DNA of 62,944 nt, the filler included, from Globobulimina sp. (Eukaryota): assembly GCA_003354225.1 (NCBI GenBank). It is 53 parts of 53 records of this genome, joined end to end, with 100 filler letters (N's around TTAATTAATTAA, not from the genome) between each part and the next. Parts side by side here need not be neighbours in the genome. Positions count along the whole stretch, not along the records: positions 21,422 to 22,511 come from PIVH01023806.1; positions 22,612 to 23,701 come from PIVH01023807.1; positions 23,802 to 24,891 come from PIVH01023808.1; positions 24,992 to 26,081 come from PIVH01023809.1; positions 26,182 to 27,271 come from PIVH01023810.1; positions 27,372 to 28,461 come from PIVH01023811.1; positions 28,562 to 29,651 come from PIVH01023812.1; positions 29,752 to 30,841 come from PIVH01023813.1; 45 more parts are not named here. One strand, written 5' to 3'. A program made the translations under genes and the position numbers. Positions within the stretch are counted from its first letter, which is position 1, and every line of letters starts with the position of its first letter. Below are positions 21,422 to 32,211 of this stretch, piece by piece. The notes under the pieces are model-generated. The model was not told the origin of the DNA, searched no databases, and saw nothing but the letters and a program-made list of their open reading frames with translations.

Positions 21422-22511
21422 GAGATGAATACACCCACTGGCAATCCAAATAGAAATAATGATAATAGAATGGATAACATTGGATATTGCGTATTTATAG
21501 GAATTAGCAACGAAACAATTGCAAATAATAATTGAATGTATCAAGAATATTAATTATTGCAAAGAGAATTATTAATGGTAGATTAAATAGCATATGTTCA
21601 ATGCATAGAATGAAATTATTTAAAATAATATGATAAAAAAATGAAATCACTCAATAAAATAAAAAGAAATGAATTATGCATAATCGAAAGAAGCTAATTG
21701 AATAGAATTGAATCGAAATGTTGTCTTCATCCTTGCACGACAGATGCAATTGTAGATTAAAACGGATTCAACACCAAATTAATTGGACCGCATTGGTGTG
21801 AATAAATTACAATCAAAAAATTAACATTGCATCAATAAGTTATGAATTAATTTTAGCTGTAAAAAAGATGCTATTTTCTTCGGAAATAAAATTGTCTCAC
21901 ATTTCCGCAATGCTTTGCTGTTGTAAATATTTCTTTTCATTGTTTACTCATTGTTTGTGGAATATACCATTTTAAACACATCACAAATTAATTCATTCGG
22001 TCAAGATTTTGCAGTCCATTACAGCAGACGTTTTAATTGTGAGAAAGAGAGTACCCTGAATAAACAGATCGTGATGAACACAAAAACAATCACAATCACA
22101 ATCAAAATGACCTCTTGAATTTAATGTGAGTTAAAATACACAGTACATTGTCAAAATAGCCCAAAACAATGAAGTATCATTCCAATTTTTACTGAGGAAA
22201 TCGCTTTTCGATTCAATTCTATTCAATTAGCTTCTTTCGATTCAGTTCAATGTATGCATAATTCATTTCTTTTTATTTTATTTAGTGATTTCATTTTTTT
22301 ATCATATTATTTGAAATAATTTCATTCTACGCATTGAACATATGCTATTTAATCTATCATTAATAATTCTCTTTGCAATAATTATTTCTTGCTACATTCA
22401 ATTATTATTTGCAATTGTTTCGTTGCTAATTCCTATAAATACGCAATATCCAATGTTATCCATTCTATTATCATTATTTCTATTTGGATTGCCAGTGGGT
22501 GTATTCATCTC
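21422..22511. mobile_element. Foldback/MITE-like element with about 300-bp inverted repeats spanning the contig
   Basis: 21422-21718 matches the reverse complement of 22206-22511, with scattered substitutions and one short indel. The centre is non-coding. Confidence 0.8.
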
Positions 22512-22611
22512 NNNNNNNNNNNNNNNNNNNNNNNNNNNNNNNNNNNNNNNNNNNNTTAATTAATTAANNNNNNNNNNNNNNNNNNNNNNNNNNNNNNNNN
22601 NNNNNNNNNNN

Positions 22612-23352
22612 TACAATAATAGTAATTATAATTACCGCACTCGGACCAACACCAATATGCACAACAGCCAGCAAGCGGGCAATCGGTACGGCAGTGTGGA
22701 TATTATTGAGGAGCACATTGATTATAAGAATGGCTATGAGGATGACTTTGAGATGGAAAGCCAGCAACATTCTGTCGCCATGGAGGCGGAGGACAGTAAG
22801 GTGGAGAGCGGCGGCCATGGCGGCTTTGGGAGTCGCAGTGGTGTCCATGTCCAGCAGCAGCAGCAGCAGATGGAAGATGGCAAAATGAATATGGATGAGG
22901 ATGACATTGATTTTGATACTTTTGACTATCAAGCGATTGGATTGGATATTGAATGGCAGCCCGTTGATATGTTGGGCAGAGCGCAAATCCAAACGATTGA
23001 GCAGAAAGCACAATATATCGACGCCTTGTCATTATCGTCGGTGCCGCGTTATGGCGATAAAGGATTTCCGGCGTCGCCCGATAAAGCGGGCGTGATCCAT
23101 TTGTATTGCAACTCGAAACTTACAAATAAGAAAAAGAAATTCCAAGAATATACATTATTGAAAACCGAACCATCGCAACATGTGCGGTCCTGCACCATTG
23201 CGGCGAATCGGCAGACCGATAAATTGTTTGTGATGGTGGATGACCAGATTTATGGCAAATTCTCTAGGATTAAAATACAACCAATGATTGAGCCGATCAG
23301 TAAAGATCAAGTTTATATGCCCATTCGCACTTTCTTTCCTGTTAATGTTTAA
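22612..23352 (+). CDS. Eukaryotic protein C-terminus (poly-Q/acidic linker plus globular domain)
   Basis: Open frame from the contig start to TAA, followed by an AT-rich 3' region. Confidence 0.7.
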   Translation, partial: YNNSNYNYRTRTNTNMHNSQQAGNRYGSVDIIEEHIDYKNGYEDDFEMESQQHSVAMEAEDSKVESGGHGGFGSRSGVHVQQQQQQMEDGKMNMDEDDIDFDTFDYQAIGLDIEWQPVDMLGRAQIQTIEQKAQYIDALSLSSVPRYGDKGFPASPDKAGVIHLYCNSKLTNKKKKFQEYTLLKTEPSQHVRSCTIAANRQTDKLFVMVDDQIYGKFSRIKIQPMIEPISKDQVYMPIRTFFPVNV

Positions 23353-23801
23353 AAAACGATATCAAATCACATCACATTTCTTGCTTCTGTTGTATAATAA
23401 TTACACATTTGTTTTTTTTTTAATTTGTTATTTTCTCAAATTTTATATGTCCGAATATTAGGTTGAAAACCACCTCTAGCTAACACAAAAACTTTGCTAA
23501 TCATTGAAATGAAAGTTAATAGAGTTTTCCTATTTGACCTTGATTTTGCGGAAGGAAAATATGTTAAAAATATAATGTTAAAAGAGTCGCCCATCTGGTG
23601 ATTTGATTGGTTTCTTAGTGAACATTTTAAGGTTTTTCATATAATGTTAAAACGAAAACTTTATTTAATCGTGTAGATTTAAAAAAAAAACATGCCTGTA
23701 ANNNNNNNNNNNNNNNNNNNNNNNNNNNNNNNNNNNNNNNNNNNNTTAATTAATTAANNNNNNNNNNNNNNNNNNNNNNNNNNNNNNNNNNNNNNNNNNN
23801 N

Positions 23802-23852
23802 TTCTTTAGCCCATCCACTAGCTTTTTTAACTTTAATTTTAATTTTTCCCAT
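23802..23852 (-). CDS. Phage-like ORF start (partial)
   Basis: MGKIKIKVKKASGWAKE after an A-rich leader. Confidence 0.45.
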
Positions 23853-23925
23853 CGCTTTTTTATTTTTTAATTAGTACTCGTATTTAGTTTTGTGCGTTAT
23901 TTCGCACGTTTCTTATTGCTGTCCG

Positions 23926-24406
23926 TTATGGGTAATTCCTCCCATCCGCACAAAATCCCTCCAAGGAATTACCCATAATGTTCAGGGAATATTGGCTTCC
24001 CTTTTCAGTACATCAAATTCTATTAATTTCGTGAGCTCCCGCTACGTAACTACCCATAACAACGAATATAGGCAATGAAATTAAGGACTCTAACCTAATA
24101 CATGAAATTCGAAAAAATCATTATTCCATCTACTGATAGCGTCAGAAATTGTTATAGATGCAATTAGCTTATTACTGTCATCTTGCATTGTAAACCATTC
24201 TCCTAATGTATGGTCATACTTAACAATGCCAGTATAACAATTTCTTTCCTTGTTGTAGCATCCAATAATATTCTTTTCAGTAATATCATCAATGCGAATT
24301 TCATTAATTGATACTATTTTTTTTGCCATTTTACTAAATTTTATATGTTTATAATTAAAAAAAGTCCTTAATTTCCCTTCCCATATTCCCTGAACATTAA
24401 CGAGCA
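23926..24406. repeat. Nested attC-like inverted repeats
   Basis: Perfect IRs at 23926-23940/23964-23978 (15 bp), 23976-23992/24383-24399 (17 bp) and 24077-24089/24363-24375 (13 bp), with CCCATAAC/GTTATGGG boxes. Confidence 0.8.
24090..24329 (-). CDS. Phage-like hypothetical protein (79 aa) enclosed by inverted repeats
   Basis: Likely start is MAKKIV at 24329, after an A-rich leader without SD. Confidence 0.7.
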   Translation of the reverse strand: MAKKIVSINEIRIDDITEKNIIGCYNKERNCYTGIVKYDHTLGEWFTMQDDSNKLIASITISDAISRWNNDFFEFHVLG

Positions 24407-24546
24407 TGCCCAAAGGGGGCTGTCATACGGTTTGCTTATTCAAATTCGTTCAATGTACATTCTTCGCATTTACCATCAGCCCATATATCTCTATCTTTAT
24501 TGCATAGAGTGCAAACCTCATTAGACGGCTCATTGCCGTTAACGCT

Positions 24547-24744
24547 CTAGCTTTCCTTCTGGGTATGTAAAATTTTTATAGCTTCACCAAATTCCGCAAT
24601 TAAGTTTTCGGCATTAATTATTTCATAATCAATAACTGAATTCATTTCTATAAAAGCAGGCATACCTAGTTCCATGTGCCGAAAACTTAATTGCTTTTGC
24701 TTCTCAACAATAGCATCTTGTAATATTCTGATTGCATTTTTCAT
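24547..24744 (-). CDS. Phage-like hypothetical protein (65 aa, possible TAG read-through to 24436)
   Basis: MKNAIRIL..EFGEAIKIL helical protein with an A-rich leader. Confidence 0.75.
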   Translation of the reverse strand: MKNAIRILQDAIVEKQKQLSFRHMELGMPAFIEMNSVIDYEIINAENLIAEFGEAIKILHTQKES

Positions 24745-24803
24745 TTTATTAAAAATTTTAAGTTCATAAATATTTATTCAATTCATCGGTTAACCTTTGG
24801 ACA

Positions 24804-24891
24804 CAGCCGTTAAAAAGCTGTATAGCGAATGCCCAAAATGAATGGCTCTCGTGCGATACGTAAGAACTCCTCGCACACGCCATACAGCCAG
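24804..24891 (-). repeat. attC-like hairpin (left end cut by the contig edge)
   Basis: GCTGTATGGCG (24888-24878) pairs with CGCTATACAGC (24827-24817). Inner GTGCGA/TCGCAC stem, followed by TTTAACGGCTG. Confidence 0.55.
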
Positions 24892-24991
24892 NNNNNNNNN
24901 NNNNNNNNNNNNNNNNNNNNNNNNNNNNNNNNNNNTTAATTAATTAANNNNNNNNNNNNNNNNNNNNNNNNNNNNNNNNNNNNNNNNNNNN

Positions 24992-25863
24992 TGGGTTTCT
25001 ACATCACTTAATGCCGATGGATGTTTCCTTAAATGAACCTTCAAGTTGCTAGGCCGTTTATCTGTTGATTTGAAGTCACAATACAAACAAGATGAAATAT
25101 TATTTTCTCTCTTGAAATGTTTCCAAATCACACTGGGACCTCCAGAAATTCTGCCTGGCCGTTGTCTTTTCTCAGGTGGTTCATTATCCACTACAACTTC
25201 TTCAGCAACGAGAATAGAATTTGGATCAGGCACGGGAGATGACGTTGCTCTAGGTGGTGAACCAGAAATAATGTCTTCATCAGACTGATCCATTGTGTTC
25301 CAAGTATAAATGAATATTACAAACCGAAAGACAGGAAAGAAGGACACACAAATAAATCGCTATAATGAAGGGTAGGGGTCAAATAATCTAGACATAAGGT
25401 TCGTTTTTGACAGCCAAAATAAATGCGATAAAAATTCTAACACTAGGCACTATAAGTCTGTCGGCCGCAAATGACAAACAACACAAAAAACTAATAGGAG
25501 CCAGGCGGGGCTGCGAAGAAGTGTGGCACAATCTCAACTTTACTATCAACTAACACTATAGAAAAATATTATTTAGTAGCTAAGAATTGCTAGATCATCT
25601 TTGTGTGTCCATCTTTAATTTTTAATTATTTTTTTCCAAAAAGTCAGAAAATAATCGCTACAGTATATAAAAAAGTGGAACATTTATGACAAAAATATGT
25701 TTTCAGACAATATGTTTTATGTTTACATATTGGTCCTCTAAACATATACATAAAACATATTGTTCGATGAAAACATATGCATATAAATAAACATATATGT
25801 TTACAAAAAACAAAACATATTATGTTTTCAAAACATATACATATACATATATGTTTCCCACTG
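24992..25863 (-). mobile_element. Left end of a hAT-like DNA transposon, with BED zinc-finger transposase N-terminus (CDS 25293 to contig end)
   Basis: BED finger SVIWKHF..CLYC..SNLKVHLRKH. Putative terminus CAGTGGGAAACATA at 25863, followed by about 170 nt of clustered AAACATA/TATGTTT subterminal motifs. Confidence 0.75.
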
Positions 25864-26303
25864 TAGCACAGGGTACATGAAGGAGATCCCGATTGAGTCC
25901 ATTGTTTGTGAGACAATATAACGTTTTCATTTCTCACGTTACAAAGCATACCTAATACAAAATTGAATTTTTCCTCCATGCTCTTTTATTAAATTAAATG
26001 AAACAGATAATCCCAGTCCTGTTCCTTTTCCAACTTTTTTTGATGTAAAAAATGGGTCAAAAACTTTATCCTTTATTTCTTNNNNNNNNNNNNNNNNNNN
26101 NNNNNNNNNNNNNNNNNNNNNNNNNTTAATTAATTAANNNNNNNNNNNNNNNNNNNNNNNNNNNNNNNNNNNNNNNNNNNNCTGTAAAAAACTGTAAATT
26201 CAAAGAGTTTACAGTAAAAAACAGTAATTTCAAACTGAAAAGCAAAAAGTTAAATGTTACCTTTAACATTTTATTATTAACCTATTTTCCTTCCCAAAAA
26301 TAT

Positions 26304-27271
26304 TCAACCTGGCAACCAAGTATTTATACAAAACAAAAAAAAGGCAACAAACGGAGAGAAAAATGCTAAAAATAAGTTTCTACTCAACACTAATCCATAC
26401 ACAGAAATTGCAATTTCTCTACTTGTTGCTTGCCGGGCAACAGTTTGAGCCTGAATATACAAATTTTGCTTTCTTATTTGTATTTCAACCGCATTTATAC
26501 GCGCTTGCATTTCATTTTGTACCTCTTCCGCCTTATCCATATTTTCCTCACATTCCTCATGTTCAGGGATCACTTCCTTCACTTGTTCCGCACCGTTACT
26601 ATTACTATTATGAATAATGACATTTGAAAGCATTGGTGGCACTATCCGGCTGTTTATATTTTGTGTCTGGGGCACTTCAACATGTCCAAAATGAGCATTG
26701 GCCAATAAAAAATACGTCCTTCGCAACACAGTCTTATTCATATGAGAAACCTTGTTGCCAGCAAACAAAACATAAAACGAGACCAGCAAATTAATAATGG
26801 CTGGCAAATACATCTCCAAATGTTGAGGGAACACACTCAAATCTTGCGTTGTCAAATTAACCACAGCAGTCACGCCCGCAATAAAATTAAACATAACATT
26901 TACAAGTAGCCACCATCGAAATGCTTTGGATGTATCCCGTGTTGAGGCTGCAATGCGGTCCCAATCCCACACAATTGATGCTAGCCGAAACTCCAATGAA
27001 TTATAATATATTAACATCGATTCGTTAACGTTCTCAATATCCGATATATCATAATAATGTAAATGAATTAACAAATCACCGCGATGGCACTCGCAAATAA
27101 ATTGAAAATACAATGCCATAAATGCAAACTCACAGATATTATAAAAGATTCTCACAAATGTGAACGCTGTGTTTAACGGTATAAATATATCTATAAATAT
27201 CGGAGATTTGAAATCCGAATTGGTACTGATTGAAGAATGCAAATGTTTCGATATAATCTCAAGCAATAAAA
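26304..27271 (-). CDS. Gustatory-receptor-like / DUF3537-like multi-pass membrane protein (5' partial)
   Basis: TM spacing with a long final intracellular loop and the C-terminal ISVYGLVLSRNLFLAFF..FVAFFLF helix pattern. Confidence 0.6.
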
Positions 27272-27418
27272 NNNNNNNNNNNNNNNNNNNNNNNNNNNNN
27301 NNNNNNNNNNNNNNNTTAATTAATTAANNNNNNNNNNNNNNNNNNNNNNNNNNNNNNNNNNNNNNNNNNNNTTCATGCATGAAGAATTATGATGATCCAC
27401 ATTGTCTGTAAATAAATG

Positions 27419-28459
27419 TCACATTAATGACATTTTTAAATATGGAAATATCAAATCTTTAAACTCAAAAAATAAATTATTGAAATACGAATAAAATGAT
27501 GAAGGATTAAACAATGGAAATAATAAATGAATATATTTATTTATATAACGAAGCAATGCAAAACCACAAATCATATGATTTGATGCCATATTATTTACAA
27601 TAAAATCATGAATGGTTAAGTCAAACGGTGTTTTTTTATCTAATTTTTCTTCAATTTCTTTGTTTATAGACAATAACTCAGATTTTGATAATGATTTTAT
27701 GGTTGCTTCGAATATTCCATTTTCTAAATCTTTCGCTGTCTCTTCAAAGCTAATATATTCATTTTTAAATTCATCGCAATATTTTTTTTTGAATACATTG
27801 ACATTATTTTTATTTATTTTTATTTTATCAAAATCTTTCCAGTCCACAAAAAATAAATTATTTGTATTGGATTGGATTTGTAAAATAATTCTATGTCGAT
27901 ATTCACCCATAATTCGACACGTTTTCCCAGCAAAAGTTACCATATCACCGACTTCAATATTATGTTTGAGAAAATTCTCCGAATCGACAACCATTTCATA
28001 TCCAAATGCACCAAATCTGAAATATTTATTCTTATTTCTTATCCATAATATCAACCATTCATTTATTTCATTGATTATATTATTCTCATTCATTATTTCC
28101 AGCACTTGCGACAATGCATTATTATTTAAACTAATTATCATTTGTATAATATTTATATATTGCTCACATTTCACTGTCGGTGACGGCAAAATACATTCTC
28201 TATTCCATGTATTTGTAGATATAAAACATTCATCTTTTATCAATCGGATCGCATCTTTTTTCGAATACAATGAAACAGCCGGATACCAGACACAATTACC
28301 ACTCATATCTGTAATAATGCCATTCTTCAATGCATTATTGTTCAGATTCACAATGCTCGCACCGACCCCAATGCCTTTTTGGTCAAATAAATTATTGCTA
28401 TTATTATTATTGCCATTGGGGGAGTATAACGATGGCGTACTTTGTGGGAATATAACAAT
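27419..28459 (-). CDS. Large protein fragment, end of a SPRY-like domain followed by a helical region
   Basis: WYPAVSLY is a typical SPRY C-terminal strand. The frame is open from the contig end. Confidence 0.5.
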   Translation of the reverse strand: MVIFPQSTPSLYSPNGNNNNSNNLFDQKGIGVGASIVNLNNNALKNGIITDMSGNCVWYPAVSLYSKKDAIRLIKDECFISTNTWNRECILPSPTVKCEQYINIIQMIISLNNNALSQVLEIMNENNIINEINEWLILWIRNKNKYFRFGAFGYEMVVDSENFLKHNIEVGDMVTFAGKTCRIMGEYRHRIILQIQSNTNNLFFVDWKDFDKIKINKNNVNVFKKKYCDEFKNEYISFEETAKDLENGIFEATIKSLSKSELLSINKEIEEKLDKKTPFDLTIHDFIVNNMASNHMICGFALLRYINKYIHLLFPLFNPSSFYSYFNNLFFEFKDLIFPYLKMSLM

Positions 28460-28561
28460 GGNNNNNNNNNNNNNNNNNNNNNNNNNNNNNNNNNNNNNNN
28501 NNNNNTTAATTAATTAANNNNNNNNNNNNNNNNNNNNNNNNNNNNNNNNNNNNNNNNNNNN

Positions 28562-28822
28562 TGCCGAGTGGTTTTGTTTTAGTGGGTTGGATTGTGGACG
28601 ACGCGGTGATTGTATTTGTGTTTGTGATTGTGATTGTGGCTGTGATTGTGATTTATTGTTTGAATTTTTGGAGGATTGCGGTTCCTGCGACCGACGATTT
28701 AGTTGAGCAGAGACGATGGGTGGTCGCGGTGCATTTGGTTTATATACAGGGTGTCTATGAGCTTGCGGTGCAGAACGTTGTTTTGCAGCCTTCTTGTTTT
28801 TATTTTTGCCCCAACCGAACAT
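28562..28822 (-). CDS. Low-complexity (QS/P-rich) protein N-terminus (partial)
   Basis: MFGWGKNK start; QSQ repeats come from TGTGAT units. Confidence 0.55.
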
Positions 28823-29054
28823 GGTCTTGAGCTGACTTGCTAAAAGTAACTATTCTGTTTTTAGTTCTCAGCCGCACGCACAGCATCAGCAAAGAACAGT
28901 AGTTCCAACCTAACTGTAATAAATAGTACTGATTTTAAAGTATGACCAGTTTGAAACAACAAAAAATGTCAATTTAGTATGAGCGGAGATTTATTTTAGA
29001 TAAAAAATTAAATGAGATATTTCTTGAAAAATCAGAAATGTATATTTTTCTTCT

Positions 29055-29306
29055 TTACAGTTTCGATTTTAATTCTAAATCACCGATATATAGCTCCTCC
29101 TGAATTTCGGCAGCAGCTTGGGAATGGATAACAGATTGGAATTGTTCAGTAACATCAGTTCCTGCATAGGCAATTAATACACCTTCTCCTCCTGGATGTT
29201 CCTCGATAAATTCTGTTATATTATATACTTTCCCTGAAATTACAATCCAAGCATCTTCCGGTTTGTTGTGTTTACTCACTTGTTCCATCGTATATTTTTG
29301 TGGCAT
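29055..29306 (-). CDS. Soluble cytochrome b5 with C-terminal SKL
   Basis: HN..DAWIVISGKVYNITEFIEEHPGG..AGTDVTEQF..HS. Complete 83 aa, no TM anchor. Confidence 0.95.
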   Translation of the reverse strand: MPQKYTMEQVSKHNKPEDAWIVISGKVYNITEFIEEHPGGEGVLIAYAGTDVTEQFQSVIHSQAAAEIQEELYIGDLELKSKL

Positions 29307-29752
29307 ATTCTGTGTGGTTTAAATATTTTATGTGAATTGGATCGCAAATTCGCATGTATTGTTATGTTGATATATGTTTGGCTTATTATTAACTGCTTAT
29401 ATGTGTTAACGAAAACTGATCAACTAATACTGTATCAAATGAATGCTATCCTTCAAATGTAGCTCACCGAGGATTATCCTTCAAGAGAAAGTTTTTTTAA
29501 AGTTTTTGGATTTGAAAAGAAAATGATTCATACCCATACAATATTGTAGAATGGATATAAAAGGGTCCAGAGATGCCAATCGGAAAAATTAAACTTTCTC
29601 AAATAATGATTCTTTTTGGTGTGGTGATATAACTATGTGTTAGTATTGTAANNNNNNNNNNNNNNNNNNNNNNNNNNNNNNNNNNNNNNNNNNNNTTAAT
29701 TAATTAANNNNNNNNNNNNNNNNNNNNNNNNNNNNNNNNNNNNNNNNNNNNT

Positions 29753-30073
29753 AATCCAAACGACTCAATGTTGGATTTACATTTAAACGATTTGCAGTCC
29801 GAAGAGCGGAGGAAAGAAATATTCGTTTTTGATCAAAACTTAATAACGAAGCATGAGAGAGACATTAATTTGGATACATGTTTAGAATTCAATGCAGTAT
29901 CGAATACAAAGGAGATTTTAGAATTATTGGAAGACGAAGAAGAAGAGCGAAGAATTTATGATTTCAAGCCACAAAGAGAGTCGTTTGAGAGCAGGTGGAC
30001 GAAGTGGGAAAAAGAAGTATTATTAAAATTAAAACCTGGCGAAAAGTACGAGCCGTTCGCCTCAATGTTGTAG
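29753..30073 (+). CDS. Hypothetical protein C-terminus followed by a T/G-rich low-complexity tract
   Basis: Open frame from the contig start. Confidence 0.45.
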   Translation, partial: NPNDSMLDLHLNDLQSEERRKEIFVFDQNLITKHERDINLDTCLEFNAVSNTKEILELLEDEEEERRIYDFKPQRESFESRWTKWEKEVLLKLKPGEKYEPFASML

Positions 30074-30941
30074 TTTAGTTTTGATGTACATTGTACCATT
30101 ATCATTGTGTTTTTGTTTATGTTTATTATTATGTTTTGTTTTTTGTTTATTATTTTTATTTGTATTGAGGAATTTTGAGTTGGTTGACGTGGTTTGCTTA
30201 TCAGTATTTGTTATATTTATTTTTTTGCCAACCAACCATTTATTTTTCCTTTCTTTTATTTAATAAGAATCATTATTTATATTTGATTCGTCTATATTGG
30301 TTAAACGTTTTATTAGTTTGTTTTTTGTTTTGTTTTTGCTTTTGTTTTACTTTTGGTGGTGTGTCTAGTTTGAGTGTTTGTAAGTTTTTTTGTGATTAAA
30401 GACTTTTTAAGTTTTCAATTTAAACACTTTGACAATGGCTACTTTACGTTAGCCGAAAGCTCAGTGAAATTAAAATATAGATTCAACCAATTCACACTAT
30501 AATCTACACACAGTTTATTTCATTAAATATTAGTCCTATATGGATACAATGTGTAGAATTGGGACCAACCGATTTGGACGACACGTGCGATCGTTTACAT
30601 TCCTATTTCTTCGAAATCGCGTAAGGATCATGAAGTCATGCATGGAATCCAATTTTAGAGCAATGCCTCATCGGTCGACAGCATCAACATTTATTAGATC
30701 ACACACATCCGAGAATATAACCAATGTCAATTTCAATTATAAACATTACGGTGCCTTTTTTCATAAAAAGGTATTGTTTAACAATGATGTATGGCAAATG
30801 TATAAATTGTATCGCGGTTTAGGTAGAAAAGTATTACGCTANNNNNNNNNNNNNNNNNNNNNNNNNNNNNNNNNNNNNNNNNNNNTTAATTAATTAANNN
30901 NNNNNNNNNNNNNNNNNNNNNNNNNNNNNNNNNNNNNNNNN

Positions 30942-31325
30942 TTTCCTATAAAAATGCAGATGTTTTTGTTGAATAAAATGCATTTTTTGAGCATTTAAGT
31001 CGGTATGATTTAGAACTGCGTTTATCTGAAGATAGTGATAATAACTGTTTGCATCACATGTCGCATCGCAGCAATTGCAATACATCTCACTCTCTGTGAT
31101 ATCCTCCACTTTGTTCACATTGGTACAAATGCTGCATTTCCATAATTTATTACCATGATAATACTTATAAACCTCACAATTCTCGTTCAATGATACTGTC
31201 ATTTCACTATCACTGCATTTATGCTCTTCTTTGCCATTATTATTATTGTTACTGTTCATATTTACAGTGATTTTTGATATGTTGGAAGCTGGTATTTTGA
31301 GTAATAATTCTTGCGTAGATTGCAA
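30942..31325 (-). CDS. Protein fragment with a RanBP2-like zinc finger
   Basis: WKCSICTNVN..CNCC. Confidence 0.45.
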
Positions 31326-32211
31326 TTTTGTGGTTATGTAAATGGAGTCATTGTTTCTATTCTATCTGAACAAGCAACAATTTGATCTTTTGATTTTCAT
31401 TACCAATTTGACAATATTTATTATTTCCAAATAAGTATAAAATTAACTCCATTTTTATCCAACACCGCATTATGTGATTAGTGAATTGACTGTGGATAAT
31501 AATAAGAGTCACCAGACACAGCACGACCTAACTGACCTGACCTGACCCTCTGTGTTGCGTCGCCAACTATAAATATCTGCATTTCCATTAAAAAGAGTGC
31601 CACAGTGTGTTTGGTCTGAATATAATGTGCAATGTTTTTGTTATAATGTTGCAGTCGCAATGTTGTCCACACATAAATAGTTAATTTCCCATCATCACTT
31701 AAAAAAAAATGAATTTTTATCATTACATTCAGCTTTAACTATTTTAACACCGTTCTGATTATTGAAATATTTACATTTTGTGAATGCATTTACTGTTCTT
31801 CCATTTGTGTCAAATCCGCATTGATTACGTACATTATTACCAACACAGTATACCTGATCCGATATATTGTCATTGCCTTTGGATATATTTATAATTTTGT
31901 TATCATTTTGTTATCTGCAAATAAGCTAATTAAGTTTATGATATCTGGTGAATCGAAATGTAATCAAATGGGAATGCTGCAGCTGCCAACCAATAAGATA
32001 CAATGCGTCTTATTGCATCATTTTGAATTCNNNNNNNNNNNNNNNNNNNNNNNNNNNNNNNNNNNNNNNNNNNNTTAATTAATTAANNNNNNNNNNNNNN
32101 NNNNNNNNNNNNNNNNNNNNNNNNNNNNNNAGTTTGCAGGGGATATTCTAACGATTTCATAATCTGCGGAAAAAAGGTTAAAAAATCTCCTGGAATCTGT
32201 ACAAAAAAAGT

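Noticed and set aside
27612-28517. 301-aa plus-strand ORF and similar antisense ORFs (33573-33956, 56347-56796, 22564-23013)
   Set aside because: They are shadows of real genes on the opposite strand, with skewed F/I/L/S composition.
30081-30399. Hydrophobic Cys/Phe-rich short ORFs
   Set aside because: They are translations of T/G-rich low-complexity non-coding DNA.
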